Origin: Octopus vulgaris | Lineage: Eukaryota | Direction: 5' to 3' | Assembly (NCBI GenBank): GCA_951406725.2 | Contig: OX597827.1 | Location: 77,438,001 to 77,502,000, forward strand | Length of the DNA: 64,000 nt | In this document: in pieces, positions 61,323-64,000 of the stretch | Numbering within the stretch: position 1 is the first letter of the stretch | How the letters are laid out: the number at the start of each line of letters is the position of its first letter | The notes under the pieces: model-generated | Told to the model about the DNA's origin: nothing | What the model saw: the letters and a program-made list of their open reading frames with translations, nothing else | Database searches by the model: none | Made by a program: the position numbers and the translations under genes

Positions 61323-64000
61323 ATGTAGAGGCTCCTTCGTTAATTATTGCTGATGACATAGCTCAGGGATTCACAACCACTTTTTTTAAAAAAATCTATG
61401 GACCCCTTTGGTTACTATTTTATTCTGGCGGACCCCCCAGAAAACTAGTTTTATAGATAGTTTTTTCAAAATTCCCATTTCGCTTTCCCCCCATTCACTT
61501 GTGTAGTTGAATGACGTTAAACGTTACCTAGCTGTTTTTTCAAAAAAATTTTTCCTGAACTCTTAATATACTGCGAGTCCCCAGTTTTACTACTTTGTTT
61601 GTGTGGACCCCGCCAAAATTCTACATGGTCCCCCAGGGGCCATATGAACCCAGGTTAACCACCGATACAACAGATGTCTGGGATGACAATTGTTGAGCAG
61701 ACCCTTTAATCAAATGGCAATCCAGTCGCGACCACTCCATTGTATTCTTTTATTTTATCACGAATACGCCCGACTACAAAACCAGCGTTTACTTCCTTTT
61801 AAAGTCAAAGTCAATAAAGGTGTGATATAAAGGATATTTGGCTGCTATTTCTAGCGAGACTGCCTGCCATTCGTTGTTAACGTCTGGGATGACAGTACGA
61901 CATAAAAACTGGCGATATTCTTGGCAACGTTGCAACGAAGCCAACAGAATTACAATGTTGGCGACAAAAGGAACTGGAATTAATAGCGAGATTGAGCTGT
62001 CAGAAGACTGAGAAAGAACATGACAAAATACCTGGTGGATCTAATAACTAAAGTGGCCATCGTAAAATTAATACAGTACCGTCATAATAACTTGTAATAA
62101 TATAATATCTATGACACACAGTGAGAAGTCAGCCGGGTTTATTGTATGGTTCACAGCTAAAGCTACCTACAGTGAAATCGTTAAGTCAGGAATGGTGTTG
62201 AACGGAATAAAAACTAAGAAAGGGGGGAAACAGAAAAAAAAAAAAGCAGAATGGTAGATGAAAAGAATGGATGAAAAAAAATCACCATCAATCATTATTA
62301 AAGAAAGGAGTAAAAAAAAAAACGATTGAAATGGTTGGGAATGGTATTAAAGCCATTAGTCATATGAACAATAAATTCTAGGTGGGAATACATTTGACTT
62401 GCTACGCTGTCCCCACCAGCACTTTGAAATCCAGTCTCTTATATTTTATACAATAAAGAAAGCTCTGTTATCTATTTATTCTGACTGTTTAGATTCCGAG
62501 TTCAAATCCCGCCGAAGTTGATTTTTTTTGATTTTTTTTTTTAACTTTCCATTCTTTCGTGGTTAATGGTTAATGGTATTGAACAACCCTAAACATTTGC
62601 TGACATCGGTTATATCATTCTGACTAAATTTTGAGTTCAAACTTCACTGAAGTCGACTTTGCCTTTCGTCCTTTCGGAAATTTTCTAGTGCGTCAAAAAC
62701 TAAAATTCCTTCGAATGAGAAGGTTTTAAACATCGTAGATTACAATTTTGAATAAATACTTTTTTTTAAAAGACAAGCGCAAAAAATCCCCCAACATTTT
62801 TTTTAACATCCAAAGAAATTACGGGTTTGTGGTGGTCGGATGTGTGACGGGGGTGGGGCACTAATTTCCGACTCTATTCTTTAAGAATGCCCAAACCCTC
62901 AGATTATAGATATAAGCGGGTGTAAGAAAAACCTTTACAGCCTAATTTTCCTTGTGTGCAATCCACATCCTTTTCTCTCCAATAAGATTTTAAATACTAA
63001 GAATTATTTAGACCGGGTACTTATTCGTTATTTATGAATAACGCTGAAAAACCATAAACTTTATTATATCGAACCCAGTGCGTAACTGGTACTTAATTTA
63101 TCGACCCCGAAAGGATAAAAGGCAAAGTCGACCTCGGCGGAATTTGAACTCAGAACGTAATGGCAGACGAAACACCGCTAAGCATTTCGCCCGGCGTGCT
63201 AATGTTTCTACCAGCTCGCCGCCTCTGCAGTCCATTTCGTAAATATGCTCCTCTCTGTGACGGATGGAAGAAGGCGAGAGAAAGAGCAATAGACTTTACC
63301 TTTTGGGGTTGAAGAGTAGAGAGGGTGAAAGTTGTAAAGCCCCACGGTGGCATATTATGCGTGAAGTGATCCTTTAGCTAGGCGAATGAGGAAAAATTGA
63401 ATTTGGATTCTGTATTTATATTTGATAAACAGGATTTTTCGTCTTTTATCTCGTCTGAACCCTGTTTAACCCCAGGAAACAATAGAACTTATCGAAACAT
63501 GACAATTGACTCTCCTAAATTCCTAAGTGCAAATGTCTAGAACAAGAAGAGACTCATAGGAAAATTTAGACTGGGTCTCGAATCCCGGCTAAGAATCCAG
63601 ACGTTCAAAGCAGGATATATTGTATAAAGCCTACATAATGTCGCTTATAAAGGAAGTCGGGTTGTTTTCATTGACCTATTGGTGGACTGACGGTCAGGTA
63701 TTGCGGATATAAATGATGTTAGTGACGTAAAATGGTTTCAACAACAAGCGGAACCGGGACGACTTCAGATCAGCAGAGAGCTTCTTCTATAATTCTCCGG
63801 TTATGTGAAAAAATTTAGATGTTGTTTAAACCCAGGTCAACCCAGAGTGAAGCTGACCCTTGAATAAAACCATTTCAACCATAACTATCTTGTCTTTTTG
63901 TATATCAGAAACTATAAAGCAACCGTGTGTGGCAGCACCCAGTCAAAATTGCCATGTATATTGTCTTAGGTGTCCCATTTTTTTAAAAGACGACAGGGTA

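Overview
This is AT-rich, repeat-dense eukaryotic DNA. The SINE families, (TA)n/(TATC)n microsatellites and single-coding-exon C2H2 zinc-finger genes suggest an octopus/coleoid cephalopod genome (inference). Two protein-coding genes are supported, both C2H2 ZNFs, arranged tail-to-tail: 39990-40985 (+, 4 fingers) and 52924-53559 (-, 5 fingers). The rest is mostly transposon debris: a deleted mariner, a decayed DD37D/maT element, RTE and CR1/Jockey-like LINE fragments, tRNA-derived SINEs, piggyBac-, hAT- and PIF-like MITEs, and a non-autonomous Helitron. The most notable signal lies between the two genes at 47.8-49.8 kb. There are two inverted copies of a ~230-bp element that joins a Pol III tRNA-like head to a minimal Penelope-type hammerhead ribozyme. 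A third, unrelated minimal hammerhead there has its core C3:G8 pair swapped to G3:C8. There are also three long near-perfect hairpins, one just downstream of the + ZNF stop codon, and a 4-copy tandem array of a TTAA MITE. All calls were made by eye, and boundaries of decayed repeats are approximate.
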